A stretch of DNA of 64,000 bases from an uncultured candidatus Porisulfidus sp. (GCA_965204575.1 OZ241993.1:1280001-1344000); one strand, 5' to 3'. Shown: positions 19,072 to 30,240, counted from the first letter of the stretch. Made by a program: numbers and translations. Notes: generated by a model from the sequence alone, not told the origin.

Positions 19072-19998
19072 ATGCCTGATCGCCTGACCCTAGCTGCGCT
19101 CATCGCGTTGTTGCTCGTCCTGTTGGCGGGCTCCATTTCCGTCTCCCAAAGACCGGCACCGTTTTCGGAAGGTGTCTTTTGGCAGGTGAGCAAGGACGGC
19201 GAGATCGTCGGGCACATTCTCGGCACCATCCACAGCAATGACGAACGCGTCACGCGGATTCCGGAACGGGTCATGGACGTGTTTACGAAATCATCAGCCT
19301 ATGCCATTGAGGCGTTTCCCGGGAGTGAACTGTGGAACCCCTACCATGGGCTTCAGAATATTCGTGGCCGCATGATGCTGCCGGGCAAGCAGACACTTGC
19401 GGAGGTCGCCGGTGAGGAACTGGCGAAGAAGGTGTATACGATTCTCAAGAGCAATTACGTCGATGAGGAATTTGCACGCCGCGTAAAACCGTGGGCCGCG
19501 ATCCACAGTCTCGCCATTAAGTCAGAGCACCAAGGACCGATCGTGGATCAGAAGCTCCTGGACCTGGCGGTGCTGCAGGACAAGGAGTTGTATCAAATCG
19601 AGAGTCCGGAAGAGTTGCTGGCTGCGTTCTATGCAATGCCGATGGATTCGCAGGTCTCGTTGCTGAAAGACAAGTTGCGGGCCTTTCCAGAGATGCGCAA
19701 TACCATGGAAGACATCGTTCTGGCCTACGGGCGCGAAGACCTGCAGGCCATGATGGACCTGTCGACGGACTTTATTGACAAGGACCCGGACAAACGGAAA
19801 CATTATGAGATGTATGTCAAGCATGCCATCGATATTCGAAGCATTGTGATGACGCACTACATGGGCGCAGCGTTTCGCGAGGGCAATGCGTTCATTGCCG
19901 TCGGGGCCTTGCATTTGTATGGAAAGAACGGAGTGCTGGCGTTGCTTGGCCAAGAATTCTACGGCCAATACGAAGTGGAACGAATCCTGATCAAGTAA
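19072..19998 (+). CDS. TraB/GumN family protein
   Basis: N-terminal signal/TM, HILGTIH, and AFIAVGALHLYGKNGVLALL C-terminal motif. Confidence 0.85.
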   Translation: MPDRLTLAALIALLLVLLAGSISVSQRPAPFSEGVFWQVSKDGEIVGHILGTIHSNDERVTRIPERVMDVFTKSSAYAIEAFPGSELWNPYHGLQNIRGRMMLPGKQTLAEVAGEELAKKVYTILKSNYVDEEFARRVKPWAAIHSLAIKSEHQGPIVDQKLLDLAVLQDKELYQIESPEELLAAFYAMPMDSQVSLLKDKLRAFPEMRNTMEDIVLAYGREDLQAMMDLSTDFIDKDPDKRKHYEMYVKHAIDIRSIVMTHYMGAAFREGNAFIAVGALHLYGKNGVLALLGQEFYGQYEVERILIK

Positions 19999-20065
19999 CC
20001 CGCCTGGCCCCGCTGCCGCGGAACAAGCCGGTCTCCATTACACGTTCGGTGACGGGGTGCTTCCC

Positions 20066-20758
20066 TCAACTGCGTCCGTAAACCGGCACGACGGCGCCGT
20101 TGATGGATTTGCTGGATGGATTGGCGAGATGGATGATGGCTGCGGCGAGGTCCTCGGGTGGCACCCACTTTGAATGATCCGCATTGGGCATGTCGGAGCG
20201 ATTTCGAGGAGTGTCAATGGTGCCGGGCAGGATGCAGTTGGCCGTGATTCCGGTTTCGGCGCATTCCAGGGCAATCACTTCCGTCAGGGTGACCACGGCC
20301 GCTTTCGAGACACAGTAGGGAGCCATTCGCGCCCCCGGCTTGCGCACGGCGCGGGCCCCCACGTTGATGATGCGACCGAAATCCGCCTCCCGCATGATCG
20401 GCAGGGCGTACTTGCAGGCCAGCCAGGCGGTGACGGCATTAATCCGAAACATGTCGGCCCAATCGTCCAGGGTGGTTTCTTCGACTTTCGGTCCCATCGC
20501 GAAGCCGCCCGCAATGTTGGCGAGGATATCGATGCGGCCATGTTGCTGGTGGATTGCACTGAAAGTTTCACGCACGGAGGACTCGTCGGTCAGGTCGCAG
20601 GCATGAGCTGCGGAACTTGGCACGTCTTCCAATCGCTTGGCATCGCGGTCCACGGCAACGGTGGTGGCGCCACATTCTCCGAAACGACGGACTGTAGCTT
20701 GGCCCAACACCCCAGCGGCTCCGGTGACGACAGCGATGTGGTCGGTAAAGAGGTTCAT
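20066..20758 (-). CDS. SDR family oxidoreductase
   Basis: TGAAGVLG, NIAGG, YCVSK, PGTIDT. Confidence 0.92.
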   Translation of the reverse strand: MNLFTDHIAVVTGAAGVLGQATVRRFGECGATTVAVDRDAKRLEDVPSSAAHACDLTDESSVRETFSAIHQQHGRIDILANIAGGFAMGPKVEETTLDDWADMFRINAVTAWLACKYALPIMREADFGRIINVGARAVRKPGARMAPYCVSKAAVVTLTEVIALECAETGITANCILPGTIDTPRNRSDMPNADHSKWVPPEDLAAAIIHLANPSSKSINGAVVPVYGRS

Positions 20759-20783
20759 GGACAGACCGTACGTAGCGGCAGGT

Positions 20784-22472
20784 TCATTGTAGGGCCCAGC
20801 CGGGGATTTCGCCCAACAGGCCGAAGACCCAATGGCCAAGGCTAAAGACCAGTGTAGTCAGTATGACGACCGACAGGATGTCGAGCCAGACTCCGGCGAT
20901 GACCATCTTGATGATCGGAACTCGTCGCGAACCGTAGACGATGGCATTGGGCGGGGTGGAAATCGGCAGCATGAATGCGCAAGAGGCAGCCAAGGCCGTT
21001 GGGATCAGCAACAACAGGGGATGCACCTCGATGCCTTGCGCGAGGCTGGCCATGATCGGGATGGCCGTGGAGGTGGTGGCCGTGTTGGAGGTCAGTTCGG
21101 TCAGGCTGGTGATGAAGCCAATCGTGCTCATCACAACCACAAGAGAACTACTGTCGTGCAGCAGGATCTCAAACTGTTGGGCCGCCCAAGCAGACAGGCC
21201 GGATACGCCGAACCCCTTGGCCAAGGCCAAGCCCCCTCCGAACAGGATCAGCACGCCCCAGGGGACCTTGTTCAGGTCATCTGTGTCCAGCAATCGGCCA
21301 TGGGTCGATTTGGCGGGAAGCGCGAACAGGAGAAGAGCCATGGCGATGGCGACCGTGCTGTCGTCGACCATCGGGCCAACGGCGGCAATGTCGAACCGGG
21401 CCAGAAACAGATCCAGGTAATGGCTCCAGCCGAAGATATCGACATCGCTGCCGAACAGGTATTTCTTGCGGGTGAACCAGAGAGCGATCAGGGTGGCAAA
21501 GACCGCTAAAACTCTTTTCTCCTCGGGGCTCATCGGTCCGAGCTCCCGGTGCTGCCGGGCAATCAGGTCGCCGCCGCTGAACTGGCCGGTGGGGGGCAGG
21601 GGGAAGACCAAGCGGGTCAGCAGGAACCATGCGCACCCCAGAAACAAGAGTGAGAAAGGCATGGCCATCATTGACCAGGAAGCGAACGAAATGGAAGGCG
21701 CCTGGGGGTATAGCTGTTCGAACTGGGCGACCAGAATGGCGTTGGGCGGCGTGCCCGTCAGGGTGGCCATGCCGCCGATGGAGGCGGCATACGCAAGCCC
21801 CAGCAGCAGGGCAAAGGAAAAGTTCCTTTCGCGGGGATGCGGAGAGGTGTCGGCGGCTCCCTGGGTGGCATGGAACTCCTCGCGGAACAGAACGACAGAC
21901 AACGCGATCGGAAGCAACATCATGGTGGTGGCAGTATTGGAAAGCCACATCGAGAGAAGGGCGGCTGCCAGCATGAATCCAAGCACGAGTGCGTCGAGCC
22001 GGTCGCCCATGATGCGCAGGATGTTCAGCGCAATTCGCTTGTGCAGATTCCATTTCTGCACGGAGATCGCAACCAGGAACCCGCCCAGCAGAAGAAAAGT
22101 GACCCAGCTCATGTACTGGGTGACCACGTTATGGAGACTGATACTCAGGTCGCCGGGGACCAGGCCGCCGCCCAGCGCGGCATCTCCGAAATCAACCTTC
22201 CCCGAGACATCGGTGTAGCGGCCCCGCATGATGCCCATGGCCGGGAACAGCACCAGCGGCATCAGGGCGGTCGCGGCGATCGGGATGGCTTCGCTGACCC
22301 ACCAGATGGCCATCCAGGCGGTGATGGCCACCATGCGGGTGACCATCGGATTTCCGGGATCGAGGTCCGTGAAGGCGAGAATCAGGACGAATGCCAGCGG
22401 TCCGAGCCATAGCCCGATCCGGTTGCGCAGGGTGACCGGCCCGTCGTCATGCCATGTGGGGCGAGCGAACAT
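20784..22472 (-). CDS. SLC13/DASS family anion:sodium symporter
   Basis: SMWLSNTAT, GTPPNA, TELTSNTAT, AFMLPISTPPNAIV. Confidence 0.92.
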   Translation of the reverse strand: MFARPTWHDDGPVTLRNRIGLWLGPLAFVLILAFTDLDPGNPMVTRMVAITAWMAIWWVSEAIPIAATALMPLVLFPAMGIMRGRYTDVSGKVDFGDAALGGGLVPGDLSISLHNVVTQYMSWVTFLLLGGFLVAISVQKWNLHKRIALNILRIMGDRLDALVLGFMLAAALLSMWLSNTATTMMLLPIALSVVLFREEFHATQGAADTSPHPRERNFSFALLLGLAYAASIGGMATLTGTPPNAILVAQFEQLYPQAPSISFASWSMMAMPFSLLFLGCAWFLLTRLVFPLPPTGQFSGGDLIARQHRELGPMSPEEKRVLAVFATLIALWFTRKKYLFGSDVDIFGWSHYLDLFLARFDIAAVGPMVDDSTVAIAMALLLFALPAKSTHGRLLDTDDLNKVPWGVLILFGGGLALAKGFGVSGLSAWAAQQFEILLHDSSSLVVVMSTIGFITSLTELTSNTATTSTAIPIMASLAQGIEVHPLLLLIPTALAASCAFMLPISTPPNAIVYGSRRVPIIKMVIAGVWLDILSVVILTTLVFSLGHWVFGLLGEIPGWALQ

Positions 22473-22537
22473 AGGGTAGGTTCCGACAAAAAGCGCACGC
22501 GGGAATGGCGTGCGCTAGGATGAGACTCAACTGTTGG

Positions 22538-23731
22538 TCAGTCCCAACTGAGTGCCCCCCCGGTCTGGTATTCGGTCACCCGGGTTTCGAAAAAGTTCTT
22601 TTCCTTCTTCAGATCCAGGGTTTCCGACATCCACTGAAACGGGTTCTGCGCGCCGGGGAATTGCGCGGGCAGGCCGACTTGGGCGAGCCTGCGATTGGCA
22701 ATGAACTTGACGTAGTCCTCGAATACAGGAGCGTTCATCCCCAGGATGCCGCGCGGCATGGTGTCGTAGGCGTAGGCGATTTCCAATTCCACGCCTTCCA
22801 TGATCAGGTCGATCATCTGTTGCTGGAATTCTCCGGACCACAACTGCGGATTTTCGATCTTGATCTGGTTGATGACGTCGATCCCGAAATTCATATGCAT
22901 GGACTCGTCACGCAGGATGTATTGGAACTGTTCGGCAACGCCGGTCAACTTGTTTCGGCGGCCCATCGACAGGATCTGCGAGAACCCCACGTAGAAGAAA
23001 ATTCCCTCGAAGACCACGTAGAACGCGATCAGGTCGCGCAACAGGCGCTGGTCGTTCTCAAAAGTCCCGGTCTGGAAGTTCGGGTCGCCCAGGCTCTGGG
23101 TGAAGGGAAGCGCCCACTCCGCCTTGCGTGCCACGGACGGCAGTTCGCGGTACATGTTGAAGACTTCGCCTTGGTCCAGGCCCAGCGATTCGACGCAGTA
23201 TTGGTAGGCATGGGTGTGAATGGCCTCTTCGAATGCCTGGCGAAGCAGGTATTGCCGGCATTCCGGGTTGGTGATGTGGCGGTATACGGCCAGCACCAGG
23301 TTGTTGGCGACCAGCGAATCGGCGGTGGAGAAGAATCCGAGGTTGCGCATGACGATCATGCGTTCGTCCTCGGTCAGGCCGTCCGGGTTCTTCCACAACT
23401 CGATGTCCGCGGTCATGTTGATTTCCTGCGGCATCCAGTGATTGTTGCAGGCGGCCAGGTATTTCTCCCAGGCCCAGGTGTACTTGAAGGGAACCAGTTG
23501 ATTCAGGTCGGCACGGCAGTTGATGATCTGTTTGTCATCGACCTGGATACGGGCCGCGCCCATCTCCAGGGTTTCCAGGCCAGTGGCCCCGGCGCCGGTT
23601 TCGGCAGGGGGTGTTTCCGTGACGGCCGGAGCCTCGGGCAGGCGGGGTTCCAGGGCGAGGTCGGCGGCTGGCGGTGGGGAGCTCGACGGGGAGAGCGGAT
23701 CGTCCCAGGCGGTAGGAGTCATGGATGTCAT
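22538..23731 (-). CDS. nrdB: Ribonucleoside-diphosphate reductase beta subunit
   Basis: [30 protein letters not shown]; RBS AGGAGG. Confidence 0.95.
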   Translation of the reverse strand: MTSMTPTAWDDPLSPSSSPPPAADLALEPRLPEAPAVTETPPAETGAGATGLETLEMGAARIQVDDKQIINCRADLNQLVPFKYTWAWEKYLAACNNHWMPQEINMTADIELWKNPDGLTEDERMIVMRNLGFFSTADSLVANNLVLAVYRHITNPECRQYLLRQAFEEAIHTHAYQYCVESLGLDQGEVFNMYRELPSVARKAEWALPFTQSLGDPNFQTGTFENDQRLLRDLIAFYVVFEGIFFYVGFSQILSMGRRNKLTGVAEQFQYILRDESMHMNFGIDVINQIKIENPQLWSGEFQQQMIDLIMEGVELEIAYAYDTMPRGILGMNAPVFEDYVKFIANRRLAQVGLPAQFPGAQNPFQWMSETLDLKKEKNFFETRVTEYQTGGALSWD

Positions 23732-23757
23732 AGTGATCCTCCTTGTCGGTTCGGGGA

Positions 23758-26679
23758 CTACTGGCAAGCCTCGCAGTCTTCGTCCATGGAGCAGAACGGA
23801 GTCGCGTTTTCGCCGGTGTCCGGGGCGGTCGCATTCGCGGCGACCGCGTTGAGTTGACTGCGCTCGTCGCCGGTGCTTTTCTCGACGTGCGTGGCACCGA
23901 GCGAGCGCAGGTAGTAAGTGGTCTTCAGGCCGCGTACCCAAGCCAACTTGTACAGGTTGTCAAGGTCGCGCCCGGAAGGCGTGGCCATGTAGAGGTTCAG
24001 CGATTGCGCTTGGTCAATCCATTTCTGTCGGCGCGAAGCGGCCTCCACCAGCCAGCGCGGATCCAGCTCGAATGCCGTGATGTACAGCTGCTTGATCTCG
24101 TCCGGGATGCGGGCGATGTCCTGGATGCCGCCGTTGTAATGCTTGAGATCGTTGATCATCACGTCGTCCCACAGGTCTTCCTTCTTGAGGTCGCGCACCA
24201 GGTACAGGTTGATGACCGTGAATTCGCCGGACAGGTTGGACTTCACGAACAGGTTCTGGTAAGTGGGTTCGATGCTTTGCGTCACGCCGGTGATATTGGA
24301 GATGGTGGCGGTCGGCGCGATGGCCATCGTGTTGGAGTTGCGGATGCCGAGGCGCACTTTTTCGCGCAGGGCGTCCCAGTCCATCGTAGTATCGGCATTG
24401 ACCTGGTAGAACCGTTCGCCGCCGCGCGTCCGGCGGACCCGCTCAATTGAATCGATGGGCAGGATTCCTTCGGACCATAGCGAGCCTTGGAAGCTCGGAT
24501 AAGCGCCGCGTTCCTGAGCCAAGTCGGCAGACGCGTCAATGGCGAAGTAGCTGACCGCTTCCATGGATCGATCAGCAAAATCGATCGCCTCATCGCTGGC
24601 GTAGGGGATACGCAACTGGTACAGCGCGTCCTGGAACCCCATCAGGCCCAAGCCGACCGGGCGGTGGAGCAGGTTGGAACGGCGCGCCTTGGCGACGCTG
24701 TAGTAGTTGTAGTCGATCACGTTGTCCAGCATGCGCATGGCGGTCCGCACGGTGCGCTCGAGTTTTTCCATCATCAGGCCGTTTTCGTCGACGTGGGCCG
24801 CGAGATTGATGGAACCGAGGTTGCACACGGCGATCTCGTCGTCGGAGGTGTTGAGCGTGATTTCGGTGCACAGGTTGGACGAATGGATGACGCCATGGTG
24901 CTGCTGCGGGGAGCGTAGGTTGCAGACGTCCTTGAAGGTGATCCAGGGATGGCCGGTCTCGTAGAGCATGCCCAGCATCTTGCGCCACAGGTCCCCGGCG
25001 CGGACTGTCTTGAAGTTCGAGATCTGTCCGTTTGCCGCCATCGCTTCGTATTGGGCGTAGCGGGTTTCGAACTCTTCGCCGATCAAGTCATGCAGGTCGG
25101 CTGTGTCACTTGGGCTGAAGAGGGTCCAGTCTCCATCGTCGGCGACGCGTTTCATGAACAGGTCCGGAACCCAGTTGGCCGTGTTCATGTCGTGCGTGCG
25201 CCGCCGGTCGTCGCCGGTGTTCTTGCGCAGTTCTAGGAATTCCTCGATGTCCAGGTGCCAGGTTTCGAGATACGCGCACATGGCGCCCTTGCGCTTGCCG
25301 CCCTGGTTGACGGCGACGGCCGTGTCATTGGCCACCTTGAGGAACGGCACCACGCCTTGGGAGCGGCCGTTGGTGCCCTTGATGTGCGAGCCCATGGCGC
25401 GGATCCGGGTCCAGTCGTTGCCAAGGCCGCCAGCGAATTTGGACAGCATGGCGTCGTCCTTGATGGAACTGAAGATGCCGTCCAGATCGTCTGGCACGGT
25501 GGTCAGGTAGCACGAGGACAGTTGCGGGCGCAGGGTGCCGGAGTTGAACAAGGTCGGAGTCGAACTCATGAAGTCGAAGGTCGACAGCAGGTTGTAGAAC
25601 TCGATGGTCCGGGCCTCCCGGTCCACTTCGGGGCCGGCAAGGCCCATGGCCACGCGCATAAAAAAGGCCTGAGGCATTTCGAAACGGGTGCTGTTCGAGT
25701 GTATGAAGTAGCGGTCATACAATGTCTGCAGGCCAAGGTAGGTGAATTGCATATCCCGCTCCGGCACGATGGCGGCCGCGAGTTTTTCTAGGTCGTATTC
25801 CTGACCCAGATGCGGGCTGAGCAGTTCGAGTGAGGTGCCGCGGCGGATGTAGCGGGGGAAGTAGTCGGCGTAGTCGACCGTCATCTTCACGCCCTGCGTC
25901 TGCACGGGCGCGTCATAGACGAATCCCGTTGCTTCCTGGTGCAGGCTGTGCAGCAGCAGACGCGCCGCGACAAACGTGTAATTCGGTTCCTTCTCGATCA
26001 GGCTGCGGGTGCTGATCGTCAGCTGGCGGTCGACCTCGGCCTCGGGGACGCCGTCATACAGGTTTCGGCAGGCCTCCTCCACGACAGGGCCGGGCTCGAC
26101 GTCATCAATGTCCCGGCAGGCTTCCTCGGCAAGCTTGCGCAGGCGCTCCGTGTCCAGCGGGCGCAGGGAACCATCGGCTGCCTTGACTTGAAGGGGGGTG
26201 GCGGGCCGCTCCTCGGTGCTTTTCTCTCCCGCCTCTTTCTCGGCACGTTCGCGGGCGCGTTCCTCCCGGTACAGCACGTACCTCCGGGCCACCTTGTGGT
26301 GGCCTCCACGCATCAGGGCCAGTTCAACATGATCCTGGATATCCTCGATATGGAACGTGCCGTTTTCCGGATGACTGCGGGTCAACGCATGGACGGTCTG
26401 CCGGGTGAGGTCGTCGACGACGCGATGGATCCGGCTGGAGGCGGCGGCAGTCCCGCCCTCGACCGCGAGGAAAGCCTTGGTAATGGCCACCCGGATCTTC
26501 GACTCGTCGAACGGCGTCAACTGCCGGTTACGTCGGATGACCCGGTACTTTCCAGGGGCGGTGGTTTGCAGGCTGGCCTCGGTGGGGGCGCTCGAACGTG
26601 GCGCGCCAGTGGCAATGCTCGGCTTGCCGGCGGAAGGCTGTTCGGAGGCGGCTTCGTCGGGGGTGGCTTCGGTGGTCAT
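23758..26679 (-). CDS. nrdA: Ribonucleoside-diphosphate reductase alpha subunit (N-terminal ATP cones)
   Basis: [35 protein letters not shown]-terminal CEACQ. Confidence 0.96.
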   Translation of the reverse strand: MTTEATPDEAASEQPSAGKPSIATGAPRSSAPTEASLQTTAPGKYRVIRRNRQLTPFDESKIRVAITKAFLAVEGGTAAASSRIHRVVDDLTRQTVHALTRSHPENGTFHIEDIQDHVELALMRGGHHKVARRYVLYREERARERAEKEAGEKSTEERPATPLQVKAADGSLRPLDTERLRKLAEEACRDIDDVEPGPVVEEACRNLYDGVPEAEVDRQLTISTRSLIEKEPNYTFVAARLLLHSLHQEATGFVYDAPVQTQGVKMTVDYADYFPRYIRRGTSLELLSPHLGQEYDLEKLAAAIVPERDMQFTYLGLQTLYDRYFIHSNSTRFEMPQAFFMRVAMGLAGPEVDREARTIEFYNLLSTFDFMSSTPTLFNSGTLRPQLSSCYLTTVPDDLDGIFSSIKDDAMLSKFAGGLGNDWTRIRAMGSHIKGTNGRSQGVVPFLKVANDTAVAVNQGGKRKGAMCAYLETWHLDIEEFLELRKNTGDDRRRTHDMNTANWVPDLFMKRVADDGDWTLFSPSDTADLHDLIGEEFETRYAQYEAMAANGQISNFKTVRAGDLWRKMLGMLYETGHPWITFKDVCNLRSPQQHHGVIHSSNLCTEITLNTSDDEIAVCNLGSINLAAHVDENGLMMEKLERTVRTAMRMLDNVIDYNYYSVAKARRSNLLHRPVGLGLMGFQDALYQLRIPYASDEAIDFADRSMEAVSYFAIDASADLAQERGAYPSFQGSLWSEGILPIDSIERVRRTRGGERFYQVNADTTMDWDALREKVRLGIRNSNTMAIAPTATISNITGVTQSIEPTYQNLFVKSNLSGEFTVINLYLVRDLKKEDLWDDVMINDLKHYNGGIQDIARIPDEIKQLYITAFELDPRWLVEAASRRQKWIDQAQSLNLYMATPSGRDLDNLYKLAWVRGLKTTYYLRSLGATHVEKSTGDERSQLNAVAANATAPDTGENATPFCSMDEDCEACQ

Positions 26680-26768
26680 TTTTGTATGTCCCTCTTCTAG
26701 GTTTTAGACCCCATCCGGGAGGCTACTGGATTCCCGGACAGATCCCTTTCTCCTGCGGAAAGAGATTA

Positions 26769-26816
26769 CCACAATATATAGGGTTAATCACCCGTGTCAA
26801 GCACTATAAGCGGTGG
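26769..26816. promoter_or_regulatory. Tandem NrdR boxes upstream of nrdA
   Basis: CCACAATATATAGGGT (26769-26784) and GCACTATAAGCGGTGG (26801-26816), 32 bp apart, matching acaCwAtATaTwGtg. Confidence 0.75.
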
Positions 26817-27051
26817 AATAGACCTCGAATTTAAGTGGAGAAATCTCTGAAATTTTGTGGAAAACGCCGAAACGGGCGGAAAAAAGCGCTTATCTAGTTG
26901 GTTTATCGGAAGGTATGGCTGGAAAAGCATGAACAATTTATGACTATTCTAGTTTTATATAGAAATCCTGTTATCAATAACTTATATTTATGAAAGGGGG
27001 ATTTGGTCCGTCGTACGAGGCAAGTTCGAGGTTTTCTGGTATGGTTTTCGC

Positions 27052-28224
27052 ATGAATACTCCTGCCTCCGTACCCGGAATCCAGGCGGAAACCGACCTCT
27101 GCGTCAAATGCGGCCTTTGCCTGCCGCATTGCCCGACCTGGCGGATTCACCACCGCGAGGGGGATTCTCCGCGCGGTCGCGTCGAGTTGATTGCCGCATT
27201 GGCTGGCGGGCAAGTGGAACCCGGCCCTGCGTCGCAGGCCCGGCTGGATGGCTGCCTGCTGTGCCGGGCCTGCGAAAGTGTTTGCCCTGCCCGGGTTCCA
27301 TTCGGTCACTTGATGGATCAGGCCCGTGAACGCTGGCCTGCCCGCGGGGTCTGGTGGAGCCGCCTGTTCTGTTCTGCGGCGGGCCGAGTCCTGCTGCGTT
27401 TCGGATTCTGGCTGGCGGCTGCTGGCGGACTGGCTCGAATTGGCCAGCCGCTGCTTGCCTTGCTGCCGGAGGCCGTCGCGCTGCGGCGCAAGCGCCTGTC
27501 GAAGATCGGGGACATTGAGGTCGGGCTGTTTACGGGATGCGTGTCGGATGCTGTGGACCGGGTCACGCTCAACGATGCGGCGACTTTGCTGGAACGCTGC
27601 GGCGCGCGAGTCGCATGGGTCGAAGGGTCGGGTTGCTGTGGTGCGCTGGACCGGCACCAAGGCAATGCCAAGAATGCTGATGCGCATGTCCAGGGCAACG
27701 CTGCACGCATCGACCTGCATGCATTCGACCGCCTGGTTTCGGTCGCCACCGGGTGCGCGGCGGAACTGATGGACTACCCGCGGATGCTGGGCGGTGAGGA
27801 AGCAGCAGCCTGGGAGGACAAGCACTGCGAAGTGATGGCCTATCTGGCATCCCGCCAGGAAAAGCTTTCATTCCGACCCTTGCGGAAGGCGGTCATGCTG
27901 CATCATCCCTGCAGCGCCCGAAATGTGTTGCGGGAAACCACCTCGACCGCACGCCTGTTGCAAAAGATCCCGGACTTGAACGTGATCGAATCCAAAAGCG
28001 CCCAGTGTTGTGGCGCGGCCGGCGTGACCATGTTCCGTACGCCGCAAACGGCCCGGGCCTTGGCGGGCGACCTTGTCGAGGAATTTTCACGCAGTGGGGC
28101 GGAAGTCCTGGTGACGTCCAACATTGGCTGCGCGCTGCATTTGCGCGGGGCGTTCCGTGCGGCTGGCGTGAACGCTGCCGTCGGACATCCCGTAAACTTG
28201 TTGCGTGAGCAGTTGCGAGATTGA
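27052..28224 (+). CDS. GlcF-like Fe-S protein with CCG domains
   Basis: CVKCGLCLPHCPT, CLLCRACESVCP, two CCG motifs, SNIGC. Confidence 0.85.
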   Translation: MNTPASVPGIQAETDLCVKCGLCLPHCPTWRIHHREGDSPRGRVELIAALAGGQVEPGPASQARLDGCLLCRACESVCPARVPFGHLMDQARERWPARGVWWSRLFCSAAGRVLLRFGFWLAAAGGLARIGQPLLALLPEAVALRRKRLSKIGDIEVGLFTGCVSDAVDRVTLNDAATLLERCGARVAWVEGSGCCGALDRHQGNAKNADAHVQGNAARIDLHAFDRLVSVATGCAAELMDYPRMLGGEEAAAWEDKHCEVMAYLASRQEKLSFRPLRKAVMLHHPCSARNVLRETTSTARLLQKIPDLNVIESKSAQCCGAAGVTMFRTPQTARALAGDLVEEFSRSGAEVLVTSNIGCALHLRGAFRAAGVNAAVGHPVNLLREQLRD

Positions 28225-28226
28225 CC

Positions 28227-28862
28227 ATGCGCCGAATGAGCCCGCTGGATCACTTGCTGGATGAGGCCGGCCGCTGGCTTTCCGATTTCCACCCTCCGCC
28301 CGGAGCCGCGCGGGCTTATCCGGCGGAGTCGTTGCCCGACGACAAGTTGAGCGAACCCCGGAAGCGGGAATCCGCCGCATTCATGCGGGTCAACCATGCG
28401 GGGGAGATCGCGGCGCAGGGCTTGTACTTGGGGCAAGCCTTGACGGCGCGCAGTGGAGCGGTTCGTGCGCACATGCGGGCGGCGGCCCGGGAGGAAACGG
28501 ATCACCTGCGCTGGTGCGAACAGAGACTGCGCGAACTGGATTCGAGAGTCAGCTGGCTGACGCCGTTTTGGGGCTTGGGCTCCCTAGCCATCGGAGTGGC
28601 CGCCGGCCTGGCCGGGGACCGCCGGAGTTTAGGTTTCGTGGAGGAGACGGAGCGCCAGGTGGGGGCGCATCTGGAGTCCCATCTGGTGCGCCTGCCGGAG
28701 GAGGATGCGCGAAGCCGCGCGGTGGTCGAGCAGATGAGAGAGGACGAGGAACGCCATCGTCGGCAGGCGGCCGAAGTCGGTGCCGAGAGAGTGCCGGAAC
28801 CCGTACGCCTCGGCATGGCCGCCGCTGCCCGGGCGATGACGGGGACAGCGTATTGGCTGTAA
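28227..28862 (+). CDS. coq7: Demethoxyubiquinone hydroxylase Coq7
   Basis: MRVNHAGEIAAQGLYLGQ, EETDHL, ETERQVGAHL, DEERH. Confidence 0.94.
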   Translation: MRRMSPLDHLLDEAGRWLSDFHPPPGAARAYPAESLPDDKLSEPRKRESAAFMRVNHAGEIAAQGLYLGQALTARSGAVRAHMRAAAREETDHLRWCEQRLRELDSRVSWLTPFWGLGSLAIGVAAGLAGDRRSLGFVEETERQVGAHLESHLVRLPEEDARSRAVVEQMREDEERHRRQAAEVGAERVPEPVRLGMAAAARAMTGTAYWL

Positions 28863-28911
28863 CAAAAATGACAATCGAAAAAACATATAAATCCCTGATA
28901 AATCAATAATC

Positions 28912-28939
28912 TTGACAAGTTTCCACCATAGTGTATATT
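28912..28939 (+). promoter_or_regulatory. Putative sigma70 promoter in an AT-rich tract
   Basis: TTGACA-16 bp-TATATT, about 280 bp upstream of the DUF2857-like gene. Confidence 0.45.
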
Positions 28940-29217
28940 TTTTCGGAGACGAGCCTAGCATCGTCAAGACGGACTAAGACCCATGCGTTCTTCTTTACAC
29001 AGGGAAGTGTTTTGGTGGCTTGCGGTATTGGCTGGCACGGAAAGGCGAAAAAGTGGCAGTGCTGGCCGGCCGGGCATGAGGGCAACCCCTCGTCTCTGGT
29101 TGATCCTTTCCCAAACATCCCGGCGTCTGCCGATTCTCGATATCACCCGGTGGGAGTTTCCTAACCATGCTGGGCGGTATGGAGTGGCAGGCGGAGCCTG
29201 GGAACGGAGACGGAATA

Positions 29218-30240
29218 ATGAAAATAAAAAACTCCTCAAGTTTCGCCCTGATCAGTTACATTTCGCGCTGTTATCACGATGGCGACAAGGCGGCTTTGGA
29301 TGTCCTGAATATCGATTCTGGGCAAGCGCGCCGAATCAGCAGGCTCTCTGCATTTGAAAGCAACACGCTCAGCGGCATCGCTGGGCGTTTCACCACCTTC
29401 AGGCTGCAGTTCAGGAGCCTGGAGAAATGCTATCGCCTGGTTGTGGAGGATCCTGTTTCCCTCAGTGGCTCCCGATCCAAGACCAAGGAGGTCGATCTCT
29501 GCCTGCATGTGTTCAATCACATCATTACCCTGTACCGCCGCAGCGAGCAGCAAGCGCTGGCCGAGATCGGACTCGAGCCGGAGCAGGCGGAATTCATCAG
29601 CCTGCGCCCTTGGGTGGAGCTTCAGAAACTGGCCCGGTATCTTTGGTTCTTCACTACCGTAGAGATCGACAACAAGCTCTTGGAGCAGTCGATCGATACG
29701 GCGATCGCTTCTGCCCGCTGGATCGGCCAGTGCGCGGAACTGATCCGCGCAGGCGCGCCGCGGGATCTGATGACGCGCTATTACGGCATGAGTTGCGAGT
29801 TGTACGCGGCAGCGCGCGAGATGCACGGCCGGCAGTGCCGTGGGCGCCCCCGGGTCCTGTCGGAAGACTTGCAATACCTTCTGTACGAGGAGTTCGTGCG
29901 CCGTTACCAGAGCTATGACAAGGGCGTCGACCCGCTGTGTCAGCCGGGCTTTTTCTTGGCGATCTACGAAAGCCTTGAGCGGAAGGTCTCGCTGCGGGAG
30001 ATCTGGATCCTGATCCAGGAGTGGCTGAACGGGAAGCGGGAACTGCGTCGGCTTGCAGGCGTGCCGGAGCAAAGCCTAGTGCCGGTTCAGGACGCGGGCT
30101 CCAGTACGCCGAGGACAGCGCCACGCTTGCGCAACCGTTCTAAAACCTGCAGGCCGCCGTCCACCACGGCTTCAGGGGTGTCCCGTTCGAGCTCGGCGGC
30201 TATCCTTTCGAGGTGCGACCGGGCCGGCATGCCGGGCTGA
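29218..30240 (+). CDS. DUF2857-like regulator with two FlhD-like repeats and an FlhC-like domain
   Basis: LIRAGAPRDLMTRYYGMS...RGRPRVLSE resembles DUF2857; a ~61-aa internal repeat is visible by eye. Confidence 0.7.
   Translation: MKIKNSSSFALISYISRCYHDGDKAALDVLNIDSGQARRISRLSAFESNTLSGIAGRFTTFRLQFRSLEKCYRLVVEDPVSLSGSRSKTKEVDLCLHVFNHIITLYRRSEQQALAEIGLEPEQAEFISLRPWVELQKLARYLWFFTTVEIDNKLLEQSIDTAIASARWIGQCAELIRAGAPRDLMTRYYGMSCELYAAAREMHGRQCRGRPRVLSEDLQYLLYEEFVRRYQSYDKGVDPLCQPGFFLAIYESLERKVSLREIWILIQEWLNGKRELRRLAGVPEQSLVPVQDAGSSTPRTAPRLRNRSKTCRPPSTTASGVSRSSSAAILSRCDRAGMPG

Noticed and set aside
22538-26679. Intein or intron in nrdA/nrdB
   Set aside because: Both frames are continuous; the extra length of NrdA is explained by N-terminal ATP cones
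28940-29217. Possible riboswitch in the long leader of the DUF2857-like gene
   Set aside because: Only short hairpins; no match by eye to c-di-GMP, SAM, TPP or cobalamin consensus (an Rfam scan would settle it)
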